From positions 10,619-74,618 of the forward strand of contig DATCBU010000117.1 of the NCBI GenBank assembly GCA_036511675.1: a DNA stretch of 64,000 bases. Reading direction: 5' to 3'. Shown one piece after another: positions 27,578 to 35,318 of the stretch (position 1 is the first letter of the stretch; each line of letters opens with the position of its first letter). The DNA comes from Acidimicrobiales bacterium (GTDB lineage Bacteria > Actinomycetota > Acidimicrobiia > Acidimicrobiales > UBA8190). Position numbers and translations under genes: made by a program. The notes under the pieces were generated by a model that saw only the letters and a program-made list of their open reading frames with translations, did not search any database and was not told the DNA's origin.

Positions 27578-27785
27578 TCCGTCGAAGAGCACTGCCCCAT
27601 GCTACGGGCGGCCTCCTGGCAAGAGACCGACACTGCGAACCACGACGGGGGGCCTCGGTGTGATCGGGGGCGGATCGGTGAAGGTGCCCTCATCGGTGGA
27701 TCGCCGGCCTCGTCTGCCTCACCAGCCTCATGAAGCTCTGTGTCATCTCAGTGAGACTGATACACCCTCATGGCACACTGAATTC

Positions 27786-29031
27786 GTGCTCGTTTCGCTG
27801 AAGACCGTGCGCCAGGACATCGCCCGGGAGCTGGCGGGGGCCGATCCCGACCGGGTCACCGCCGCTCAGGCCGCCGAGCTCGTGACGCTGTTCGCCGACA
27901 TCGAGCGACTGGGCTCGGCGGGCAAGGTCCTCTTCTCCCACCGCGCCGCGCAGTCCACGAGATGGCGCGACGAGGGCCACCGGTCCGCGGCGTCGTGGAT
28001 GGCCGAGACCACTGGCACGGGAGTGGGTGAGGCTCTCAACGCGTTGGAGACGTCATCGGCGCTGGTGTCACTTCCCGAGACTTCTGACGCGCTGCGCAGA
28101 GGAGAGCTGTCGGGCACCCAGCTCAAGATCATCGCCGGTGCCGCGGCGCAGAACCCGGGGACCGAGGGCGCATTGCTGAAGGCGGCCGCCGATCACAGCA
28201 TCAAGGGGCTCAGAGATCGCGCCGCGCAGGTCCGGGCGCGGGCGAGCTCGGCCGCGCAGGAGAAGGCGCGGTATTCGGCGGTGCACGCCGCGAGGTACGT
28301 GCGCCACTGGGCCGACCCCGACGGGGCCTTCCGCCTCGATGCCAAGCTCACCCCCGACGCGGGGGCCACACTCCTCTCCGCGCTCGAGCAGGAGGCCGAC
28401 GTCCGGTTCAAGGCGGCGCGCCAGGCCGACGTGCACGAACCTCCCGGCGCCCATCTGGCCGACGCCCTGGTGGCACTGGTGGCGGGGGAGCCAGCAGCCC
28501 CGGTGTCGGGCCGCACCGGTTCATCGGCGACCGGCAATCCCCGGGCGACGGTGGTCATCCGCGTGGACGCCAAGGCACTGCGCCGGGGGTATGCCAAGGC
28601 GGGCGAGACGTGTGCCATCCGGGGTGGGCCCGGTCCCGGTGGCCGCGGTGCACCGGCAGCTCTCTGATGCATTCGTGAAGATCGTGGTCCTGGACGGCAC
28701 CGACGTCACTACGGTGTGCCACGTGGGGCGCAGTGTCTCCCGACACATCCAGACGGCCCTGGAAGAACGCGACCCGGTGTGTGTGGTCCCGAAGTGCGAG
28801 GTCGCCCACGGGCTCGAGGACCATCACTGGGACGTGCCCTATGCCGAGTGCGGGACGAGCACCCTGGCCGGCTTGGCCCGGATCTGCTCCTGGCACCACG
28901 GCCTGGCCACCTACGAAGGATTGGTGCTGGGCGGTGGGGCGGGGGCCTGGGAGTGGAGCGAACCCCCGGGCGGGGCGGCCTTCGAAACGGGCCCGCCGGG
29001 TTCCGGGACCGGGTTCCGGGATACGGGCTGA
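27786..29031 (+). pseudogene. DUF222/HNH endonuclease (13E12-repeat-like), frameshifted
   Basis: The N-terminal DUF222-like part is in frame 0 up to ...GETCAI (28619). The continuation GVGPVPVAAVHRQLSDAFVK...HHWDVPYAECGTSTLAGLARICSWHH (HNH) is in frame +1 from 28621. Frame 0 terminates at 28667. Confidence 0.7.
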
Positions 29032-29041
29032 AGTGTTTGGT

Positions 29042-29347
29042 TCAGTCCGAGGAACCGAAGCGGACGATGGAACTGGTCGCCTTCTGGCAGGCGGCGCGCC
29101 GGTCGTAGGGGGCTTCGCGCTCGGCATCATCGGCCCGGCGCATGTCGGCCGGCCCCGCCCAGGGGCTGGCTCCCGAGGCGGCCGGGACCAGGGATACGGG
29201 CATGGGGACGTCCGGGGGCGGGTCGAAGGACTCGAGGCCACCGTCGCGGACGAGTTTGGTGGGGTGGCCCTCGGAGAAGTACCGGAATTCGTGCACGAGG
29301 TAAGGGTCCCGGAACCAGCCCAATGTGTTGGTCGTCAGGGTGGTCAT
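29042..29347 (-). CDS. hypothetical protein (DUF2510-like N-terminal motif)
   Basis: 101 aa. GWFRDPYLVHEFRYFSEGHPTKLVRDGG resembles the GWY.DP...RYWDG motif. Confidence 0.5.
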   Translation of the reverse strand: MTTLTTNTLGWFRDPYLVHEFRYFSEGHPTKLVRDGGLESFDPPPDVPMPVSLVPAASGASPWAGPADMRRADDAEREAPYDRRAACQKATSSIVRFGSSD

Positions 29348-29354
29348 GGAGCCA

Positions 29355-29387
29355 GTTTACCTCTAGTTCACCTTTCGTTCACGTTTA
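29355..29387 (+). promoter_or_regulatory. three tandem 11-nt direct repeats with GTTCAC core (OmpR/PhoP-type box-like)
   Basis: The units GTTTACCTCTA, GTTCACCTTTC and GTTCACGTTTA are contiguous, in the A/T-rich divergent region between 29347 (-) and 29464 (+). Confidence 0.45.
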
Positions 29388-29463
29388 GATAACCTTCGAG
29401 GGCCGGCCGAACCCTCGTACCTGCCCGAACGGGCGTCCACCCACGGCACCGGGCGGGCCGTGC

Positions 29464-29946
29464 ATGCTGGGGCCGATGTCCGAGACAGCGGTGTTCGAAA
29501 CGACGGTGTTCACCGATGGGTCGTGCCTGGGGAACCCGGGGCCCGGAGGGTGGGCCTGGGCGGTGCCCGACGGGCCCTTCGCCAGCGGGGCCGAGCCACG
29601 GTCGACCAACCAGCGGATGGAGATCGTGGCGGTGATCCGGGCCCTCGAGGCGCTGGAGGGCCCGGTGCACGTGAACAGCGACTCGACCTACGTGGTCAAT
29701 TGCTTCCGCGACCGGTGGTGGGAGGGGTGGAAGCGCCGGGGCTGGCGCAACACGGCGGGCAAGCCGGTGGCGAACCGGGACCTGTGGGAGCCGCTGCTGT
29801 CGTTGGGGCTGGACTCCGACCGGGCCGTGCGGTTCAGCTGGGTCAAGGGGCATTCCGGCAACGTGATGAACGACGGGGTGGACCTCCTGGCCGTCGAGGC
29901 CGCCACCTCGCAGCACGGGGTATCGGGCGACCACTTCGTCCCCTGA
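29464..29946 (+). CDS. rnhA: ribonuclease HI
   Basis: Contains TDGSCLGNPGPGGWA, NQRMEI, SDSTYV and KGHSG...N..VD. An alternative ATG lies at 29476. Confidence 0.85.
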   Translation: MLGPMSETAVFETTVFTDGSCLGNPGPGGWAWAVPDGPFASGAEPRSTNQRMEIVAVIRALEALEGPVHVNSDSTYVVNCFRDRWWEGWKRRGWRNTAGKPVANRDLWEPLLSLGLDSDRAVRFSWVKGHSGNVMNDGVDLLAVEAATSQHGVSGDHFVP

Positions 29947-30003
29947 CACCGGGCTTCGTGGTATCCGGCCCGCCTTGGCGGTCGGCGGGGGCGCCCCCGT
30001 AGC

Positions 30004-30774
30004 ATGCGCCGCATGGACCTCAACAACATCTCCGCGGTCATCACGGGCGGCGCGTCCGGGCTGGGCGAGGGCACGGCACGCAAGCTGACGTCGATGGGCG
30101 TGCGGTGCACGATCTTCGACCGCAACGAGGACGGCGCCAAGAAGGTGGCGGGGGAGCTCGGCGCCAACTACGTGGCCGGCGACGTCACCGATCCCGACGA
30201 CTGCCAGCGGGCCGTGGACCAGGCGGCCGAGGGTGGCACGCTGCGCATCGCCGTGAACTGTGCCGGCACGGGCTGGGTGGGTCGGGTCATCAACCGGGAC
30301 AACTCGCCGCACGACCTGAGTGCGTTCAAGTTCATCCAGGACCTCAACGTGGTGGGGACGTTCAACGTCATGACGCGCGCCGCCTCGGCCATGGCGGTGA
30401 CCGAGCCGCTGGCCGACGGCGAACGGGGCGTCATCGTGAACACGGCGTCGGTGGCCGCCTTCGACGGCCAGGTGGGCCAGTTGGCGTACTCGGCGTCGAA
30501 GGGTGCCATCGTGGGGATGACGCTCCCCGCGGCGCGCGACCTGGCGTCGGTGGGGGTGCGCGTGGTGACCATCGCCCCAGGGTTGTTCGACACACCGTTG
30601 CTGGGGATGTTGCCCGAGGAGCAGCGCAACGCGCTGGGCCAGTCGGTGCTGTTCCCCAAGAAGCTGGGCCAGCCCATCCAGTACGGGGAGCTGGTGGCCC
30701 ACATCGCGCAGAACAGCTACCTCAACGGGGAAGTGATCCGCCTCGACGGGGGGATCCGTATGCCCCCCAAGTGA
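30004..30774 (+). CDS. SDR-family 3-hydroxyacyl-CoA dehydrogenase-like oxidoreductase
   Basis: Contains VITGGASGLGEG, NCAG and YSASKGAIVGMTLP. The overall pattern resembles type-2 hydroxyacyl-CoA dehydrogenases. Confidence 0.8.
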   Translation: MRRMDLNNISAVITGGASGLGEGTARKLTSMGVRCTIFDRNEDGAKKVAGELGANYVAGDVTDPDDCQRAVDQAAEGGTLRIAVNCAGTGWVGRVINRDNSPHDLSAFKFIQDLNVVGTFNVMTRAASAMAVTEPLADGERGVIVNTASVAAFDGQVGQLAYSASKGAIVGMTLPAARDLASVGVRVVTIAPGLFDTPLLGMLPEEQRNALGQSVLFPKKLGQPIQYGELVAHIAQNSYLNGEVIRLDGGIRMPPK

Positions 30775-30831
30775 TGCTCCCAAGTGATGCTCCCAAGTGA
30801 TGCTCCCAAGTGAAGCCCCCAGTGATGAAGG
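30768..30831. repeat. 13-nt tandem repeat, 3 perfect + ~2 degenerate copies, spanning a stop codon
   Basis: caagtgatgctcc x3, then caagtgaagcccc, then cagtgatgaagg. The first copy contains the SDR stop codon (TGA 30772-30774). Confidence 0.9.
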
Positions 30832-30843
30832 AATAGGGCACCC

Positions 30844-31860
30844 GTGAAGTACGTCGACATCGGCGGGGCCAGGCTGTCCGCCATCGGGCTCGGGACGTGG
30901 CAGTTCGGCTCGACGGAGTGGGGCTACGGGGCCGACTACTCCGACCGCGAGGCCGACGCCATCGTGCAACGGGCCCTCGACGTGGGCATCACCTTGTTCG
31001 ACACGGCAGAGATCTACGGCTTCGGGCGGTCAGAGCGGATCTTGGGCAAGGCCCTGGGGGACCGGCGTGACGAGGCCTTCATCGCCTCGAAGATCTTCCC
31101 GGTCCTGCCCATAGGGCCCGTGGTGCTGCAGCGGGCCCGGGGGAGCCTGCGGCGGCTGGGAGTGGACGCGCTGGACCTGTACCAGTTGCATCAGCCCAAT
31201 CCGGTGGTGCCGCTGTCGGCGACGATGCCGGCGTTGGGGCAGTTGCTGGACGAGGGGGTCGTGCGCCACGTGGGGGTCTCGAACTACTCGTTGGCACGGT
31301 GGGAGGCGGCCGAGGAGGCGTTGGGGCGGCCGGTGCTGTCGAACCAGGTGCGCTACAGCCTGGTGGACCGACGGCCCGAGAAGGACCTATTGCCGTGGGC
31401 CCAGGCCCATGACCGGGTGATCATCGCCTACAGCCCGCTGGCGCAGGGGTTGCTGTCGGCGCGCTATGACGAGCACCACCGGCCCGGCGGCATCGTGCGA
31501 TCGGCGTCACCGGGGTTTCATCCCGAGAACCTGCGCCGAGCCGAGCCCATGCTGGGCGTGCTGCGGGACGTGGCCGAGACCCATCACTCCACGGCGTCAC
31601 AGATCGCGCTGGCGTGGCTGATCCGGCGCCCCAACGTGGTGGTGATCCCGGGTGCGAGCTCGGCCGCGCAGGTGGAGGTCAACGCGGCGGCGGCCGACAT
31701 CGAGCTCACCGACGACGAGGACGCGGCGTTGGTGGCAGCGTCGGACGCGTTCGAGCCGCTGGCGGCGACGGCGGTGCTGCCCGATCTGATCCGGGAGCGC
31801 GTGTCTGGCTTCTTCGGTCGCATGACCGGTGGCACCGGCGGCGGCCCGGCATCCTCGTAG
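30844..31860 (+). CDS. aldo/keto reductase
   Basis: Contains GLGTWQFG, FDTAEIYG, LDLYQLHQP and VGVSNYS. The GTG start is preceded by GAAGGA. Confidence 0.85.
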   Translation: MKYVDIGGARLSAIGLGTWQFGSTEWGYGADYSDREADAIVQRALDVGITLFDTAEIYGFGRSERILGKALGDRRDEAFIASKIFPVLPIGPVVLQRARGSLRRLGVDALDLYQLHQPNPVVPLSATMPALGQLLDEGVVRHVGVSNYSLARWEAAEEALGRPVLSNQVRYSLVDRRPEKDLLPWAQAHDRVIIAYSPLAQGLLSARYDEHHRPGGIVRSASPGFHPENLRRAEPMLGVLRDVAETHHSTASQIALAWLIRRPNVVVIPGASSAAQVEVNAAAADIELTDDEDAALVAASDAFEPLAATAVLPDLIRERVSGFFGRMTGGTGGGPASS

Positions 31861-31876
31861 TCGTCGGGGTCGACCG

Positions 31877-32293
31877 GTGCGGTACTGGACGGTCGACGAG
31901 GCCCGGGAGTACCTGCCGCGGCTGCGTCTCTTGTTGGGGGTGATCCGCCGGGCCACCCACCTGGGGGTGTCGGCCCGGGGGAACGGCCACGCCGTGCTTC
32001 CCGGTGCGCCGCTGCCCGCCGGTCCGCCCGTCACCGAGCCAGCACCGTCTTCCGAGCCAGCACCGTCTTCGCCGGCGGTGGACTTCGACGTGAAGGATGC
32101 GCTGGCGGAGCTCGACCGCCAAGGGATTGTCCTTCGCGACCCAGACCGGGGGCTGATCGACTTCACCGCGCTCCACGGCGGCCGAGAGGTGCTGCTGTGT
32201 TGGCAGCTGGGTGAGGACGAGTTGGCGTGGTGGCACTTTCCCGAGGACGGGTTCGCCGGACGCCGCCCCCTGCCCTTGCCGCCCGAGCTCTGA
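31877..32293 (+). CDS. DUF2203-like protein
   Basis: Contains VRYWTVDEAREYLPRL...LIDFTALHGGREVLLCWQLGEDELAWWH. It carries an in-frame 18-nt duplication. Confidence 0.55.
   Translation: MRYWTVDEAREYLPRLRLLLGVIRRATHLGVSARGNGHAVLPGAPLPAGPPVTEPAPSSEPAPSSPAVDFDVKDALAELDRQGIVLRDPDRGLIDFTALHGGREVLLCWQLGEDELAWWHFPEDGFAGRRPLPLPPEL
32036..32071 (+). repeat. 18-nt in-frame tandem duplication
   Basis: gagccagcaccgtcttcc followed by gagccagcaccgtcttcg, encoding EPAPSS twice inside the DUF2203-like CDS. Confidence 0.9.
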
Positions 32294-32414
32294 CCCCTCC
32301 TCGCACGCCGTCGGGCCCTTTGTGCCAACTCCGAGCGGGGGGTGCTCCCCCGTTAGGCTGGAACACGGACCAGGCCCCGGGCGTTGCAGGGCACGGGAAC
32401 TTGAGGACGCGGAG

Positions 32415-33851
32415 GTGATCAGGACGGCCGAGACCACTGAATTCGATGTGGTGGTGATCGGCGGCGGGCCCGGTGGGTATGCCACCGCCCTGTACGGGGC
32501 TGCGGCGGGCCTGCGGGTCGCCGTGGTCGAACGGGACAAGGTCGGTGGGACGTGCCTGCACCGGGGATGTGTCCCGGCCAAGGAGTTCCTGGAGACCGCC
32601 AGTGTGGTGCGGACGGTGGCGAGTGCCAAGGAATTCGGTGTCCAGGCCGGCCAACCCGTGGTCGACTTCGCCGTGAGCCAGGGACGCAAGCAGAAGGTGG
32701 TCGACCAGCTTTTCAAGGGTCTGGCCGGGCTCATGAAGGGCCGGGGCATCGTGACCTTCAACGGCGTCGGCACACTCCTGCCCGGTCGGCGGGTGCGGAT
32801 CGATCCCGCTCCGGGGGCAGGCGAGGGTGCGACCCAGCCACTGGAGATCACGGGTCGCAACGTCGTGCTGGCCACCGGGTCGGTGCCGCGCACCATCCCC
32901 GGGTTCGATGTCGAAGGCCGGGTGGTCATGACCTCGGACGAGGTGCTGGCGCTCGACACGCTGCCGGCGTCGGTGGCCGTCATCGGGGGCGGGGCCATCG
33001 GGTGTGAGTTCGCATCGATGTTCTCCGACCTCGGGAGCCAGGTCACGGTGCTCGAGGCGTTGCCTTCTCTGTTGACGGGGTGTGACAACGACGTGGTGGG
33101 CGTGGTGGCGCGCTCGTTCCGCAAGCGGGGGATCAACGTCCACAACGGGGTGACGGTGCACGGTCACTCGCCCAACGGGGCGGGGACGACGGTCAGCTTC
33201 GGGGACGGGGAGTCGGTCACCGTCGACGCCGTCGTGGTGTCGGTCGGGCGGCGACCGCTGACCGAGGGTCTGCTGGCCGAGGGGACGAACGTGACCCTCG
33301 ACGAGCGGGGGTTCGTCATTGTCGACGAGTACCAGCGCAGCGCGGCCGAAGGTGTGTGGGCGGTGGGGGACGTGGTCAACACCCCGCAGCTGGCGCATGT
33401 GGGCTTCGCCGAAGGGATCCTCGCCATCAAGGCCATGTTGGGAGAGGCGGCACTGCCCGTGGACTACTCGCGGGTGCCGTGGGCCATCTACTGCCATCCC
33501 GAGGTGGCCTTCGCGGGGCTGACCGAGGCCCAGGCCAAGGAGGCGGGGCTGGACGTGGTGGTGAAGAAAGACCCCTTCGGGGGCAACAGCCGGGCCCGGA
33601 TCGTGGGTGAGACCGAGGGTCTGGTGAAGGTCATCGCCGAGCGGCTTCCCGACGGCCGGGCCGGGCGGATCGTAGGCGTGCACATGGTCGGTCCCTGGGT
33701 GACCGAGCAGTTGGGGCAGGGGTATATGGCGGTGAACTGGGAGGCCACGCCCGAGGAGATCGGGCAGTTCATCCAGCCGCATCCCACGCTGTCGGAGGCG
33801 TTCGGTGAGACAGTGTTGGCGCTCACCGGAAGGGGACTGCACGTTGGCTGA
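32415..33851 (+). CDS. lpdA: dihydrolipoyl dehydrogenase (E3)
   Basis: Contains VVVIGGGPGGY, the redox-active GGTCLHRGCVPAK and a C-terminal HPTLSE. The track ORF is trimmed to the GTG at 32415. Confidence 0.9.
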   Translation: MIRTAETTEFDVVVIGGGPGGYATALYGAAAGLRVAVVERDKVGGTCLHRGCVPAKEFLETASVVRTVASAKEFGVQAGQPVVDFAVSQGRKQKVVDQLFKGLAGLMKGRGIVTFNGVGTLLPGRRVRIDPAPGAGEGATQPLEITGRNVVLATGSVPRTIPGFDVEGRVVMTSDEVLALDTLPASVAVIGGGAIGCEFASMFSDLGSQVTVLEALPSLLTGCDNDVVGVVARSFRKRGINVHNGVTVHGHSPNGAGTTVSFGDGESVTVDAVVVSVGRRPLTEGLLAEGTNVTLDERGFVIVDEYQRSAAEGVWAVGDVVNTPQLAHVGFAEGILAIKAMLGEAALPVDYSRVPWAIYCHPEVAFAGLTEAQAKEAGLDVVVKKDPFGGNSRARIVGETEGLVKVIAERLPDGRAGRIVGVHMVGPWVTEQLGQGYMAVNWEATPEEIGQFIQPHPTLSEAFGETVLALTGRGLHVG

Positions 33852-33858
33852 CGTCACA

Positions 33859-35301
33859 ATGCCCCAGCTGGGGGAGACCGTCACCGAGGGGACGATCACC
33901 AAGTGGCTCAAGGCGGTGGGGGAGGCCGTCGCACGCGACGAGCCGCTCTTCGAGGTGTCGACGGACAAAGTCGATTCGGAGGTGCCCTCGCCCGCGGCGG
34001 GGACGTTGGCCGAGATCCGTGTCCAAGAGGGCGAGACCGTCGACGTGGGCACGGTGCTGGCTGTCGTGAGTGCCGATGGCGCCGTGGCCGCCCCCGAGGC
34101 TCCCGCCGCGCCCGTCACGGCACCTGCGGCCGAAGCAGCCCCACCGGCTGCTCCGACACCGGCTCCTGAAGCAGCCGCACCGCCGGCCCCCGCCCCCGCT
34201 CCGGCCCCCTCACCGCCTGCCGCACCTGCGCCGGCGGCCGCTGCTCCGGCTCCCGCTCCCGCTGCTCCGGCTCCCGCTCCCGCTGCGACTGCGCCTCCCG
34301 GGGGGGATGGACCCGGGAAATGGGGCGACCGGATCCTGTCGCCGGTGGTGCGCCGTCTGCTCGATGACAATGCGATCGACCCGGCCCAGATCACGGGGAC
34401 GGGCCTCGGTGGTCGGATCACGCGCGCGGACGTGCTCGGCTTCATCGACAGCCGCCGTGCCGGGGGTGCCCCCGCAGCCGCGTCACCGGCGGCGCCTGCC
34501 GCCGCGTCACCGGCCTCGCCTGCCGACGCGTCACCGGCCTCGCCTGCTGCGCCGCCGACTAGGACTCCCAGTGCCGAACCGACGGCGGGCACCGACGAGA
34601 TCATCCCCTTCACCAACATCCGGCGCCGGACCGCAGAGCACATGGTGCGGTCCAAGGCGACGAGCCCCCACACCCTGGTGGTGCTCGAAGCGGACTACGA
34701 GCAGGTGGAGCGGGTGCGGCGTTCCCACGGTGCGCAGTTCCGGGCCGAGGAGGGATTCGCGCTCACCTACCTTCCCTTCGTGGCCCGGGCCACGGTGGAG
34801 GCGTTGCACGAGTGGCCGCATCTCAACGCCTCGGTGGGAGACGATTCGCTCATCGTGCACCATCAGTTCAACATGGGCTTCGCCGTCGACCTCGACCACA
34901 ACGGGCTCATCGTGCCGGTCGTGAAACACGCCGAGGAGCTCACGCTGCGGGGCATGGCCCGTCGGATCCGCGAGTTGGCCGACCGGGCCAGGACGAAGAA
35001 GCTGAGCGCGGACGACATCTCGGGCGGGACGTTCTCGATCACCAACGCCGGTCCCTTCGGCACCTTCCTTACGGCCCCGATCATCAACCAGCCCCAGGTG
35101 GCCATCCTCTCCACCGACGGGGTGAAGCGACGGCCCACCGTGGTGGTCCAGAACGATGGCACCGAGGCCATCGCCATCCACTCCCTGGGGTTGCTGTGCC
35201 TGGCATGGGATCACCGGGCTGTGGACGGGGCCTATGCCGCAGCGTTCGTGGCGCGTGTGACCGAGATCCTCGCCACGCACGACTGGGCCGCCGAGCTCTA
35301 A
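33859..35301 (+). CDS. dihydrolipoamide acyltransferase (E2) of a 2-oxoacid dehydrogenase complex
   Basis: It has one lipoyl domain (FEVSTDKVDSEVPSP), long Ala/Pro linkers, a peripheral-subunit-binding domain (SPVVRRLLDDNAIDPAQITGTGLGGRITRADV) and a catalytic DHRAVDG. An alternative TTG start lies at 33844. Confidence 0.9.
   Translation: MPQLGETVTEGTITKWLKAVGEAVARDEPLFEVSTDKVDSEVPSPAAGTLAEIRVQEGETVDVGTVLAVVSADGAVAAPEAPAAPVTAPAAEAAPPAAPTPAPEAAAPPAPAPAPAPSPPAAPAPAAAAPAPAPAAPAPAPAATAPPGGDGPGKWGDRILSPVVRRLLDDNAIDPAQITGTGLGGRITRADVLGFIDSRRAGGAPAAASPAAPAAASPASPADASPASPAAPPTRTPSAEPTAGTDEIIPFTNIRRRTAEHMVRSKATSPHTLVVLEADYEQVERVRRSHGAQFRAEEGFALTYLPFVARATVEALHEWPHLNASVGDDSLIVHHQFNMGFAVDLDHNGLIVPVVKHAEELTLRGMARRIRELADRARTKKLSADDISGGTFSITNAGPFGTFLTAPIINQPQVAILSTDGVKRRPTVVVQNDGTEAIAIHSLGLLCLAWDHRAVDGAYAAAFVARVTEILATHDWAAEL
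34480..34551 (+). repeat. 24-nt in-frame tandem repeat x3 in E2 linker
   Basis: gcgtcaccggc(g/c)... x3, encoding ASPAAPAA, ASPASPAD and ASPASPAA. Confidence 0.85.
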
Positions 35302-35318
35302 GCGGGCCAGAGCCAGAC

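Noticed and set aside
30768-30831. Tandem repeats considered as a possible CRISPR array. The same question was asked of 3794, 38866 and 57289.
   Set aside because: The units are 12-17 nt and directly abutting with no spacers. That is far too short for CRISPR repeats, and no cas genes are present.
34812-35318. 5' extensions of track ORFs overlapping upstream genes. Examples: the lipB ORF from 34812, the pduO ORF from 47967, the lpd ORF from 32211, 38916-40055(-) and 43264-44079(-).
   Set aside because: The extensions overlap well-supported neighbouring CDSs and translate to Arg/Pro-rich junk. Internal starts with RBS or family-typical N-termini were used instead.
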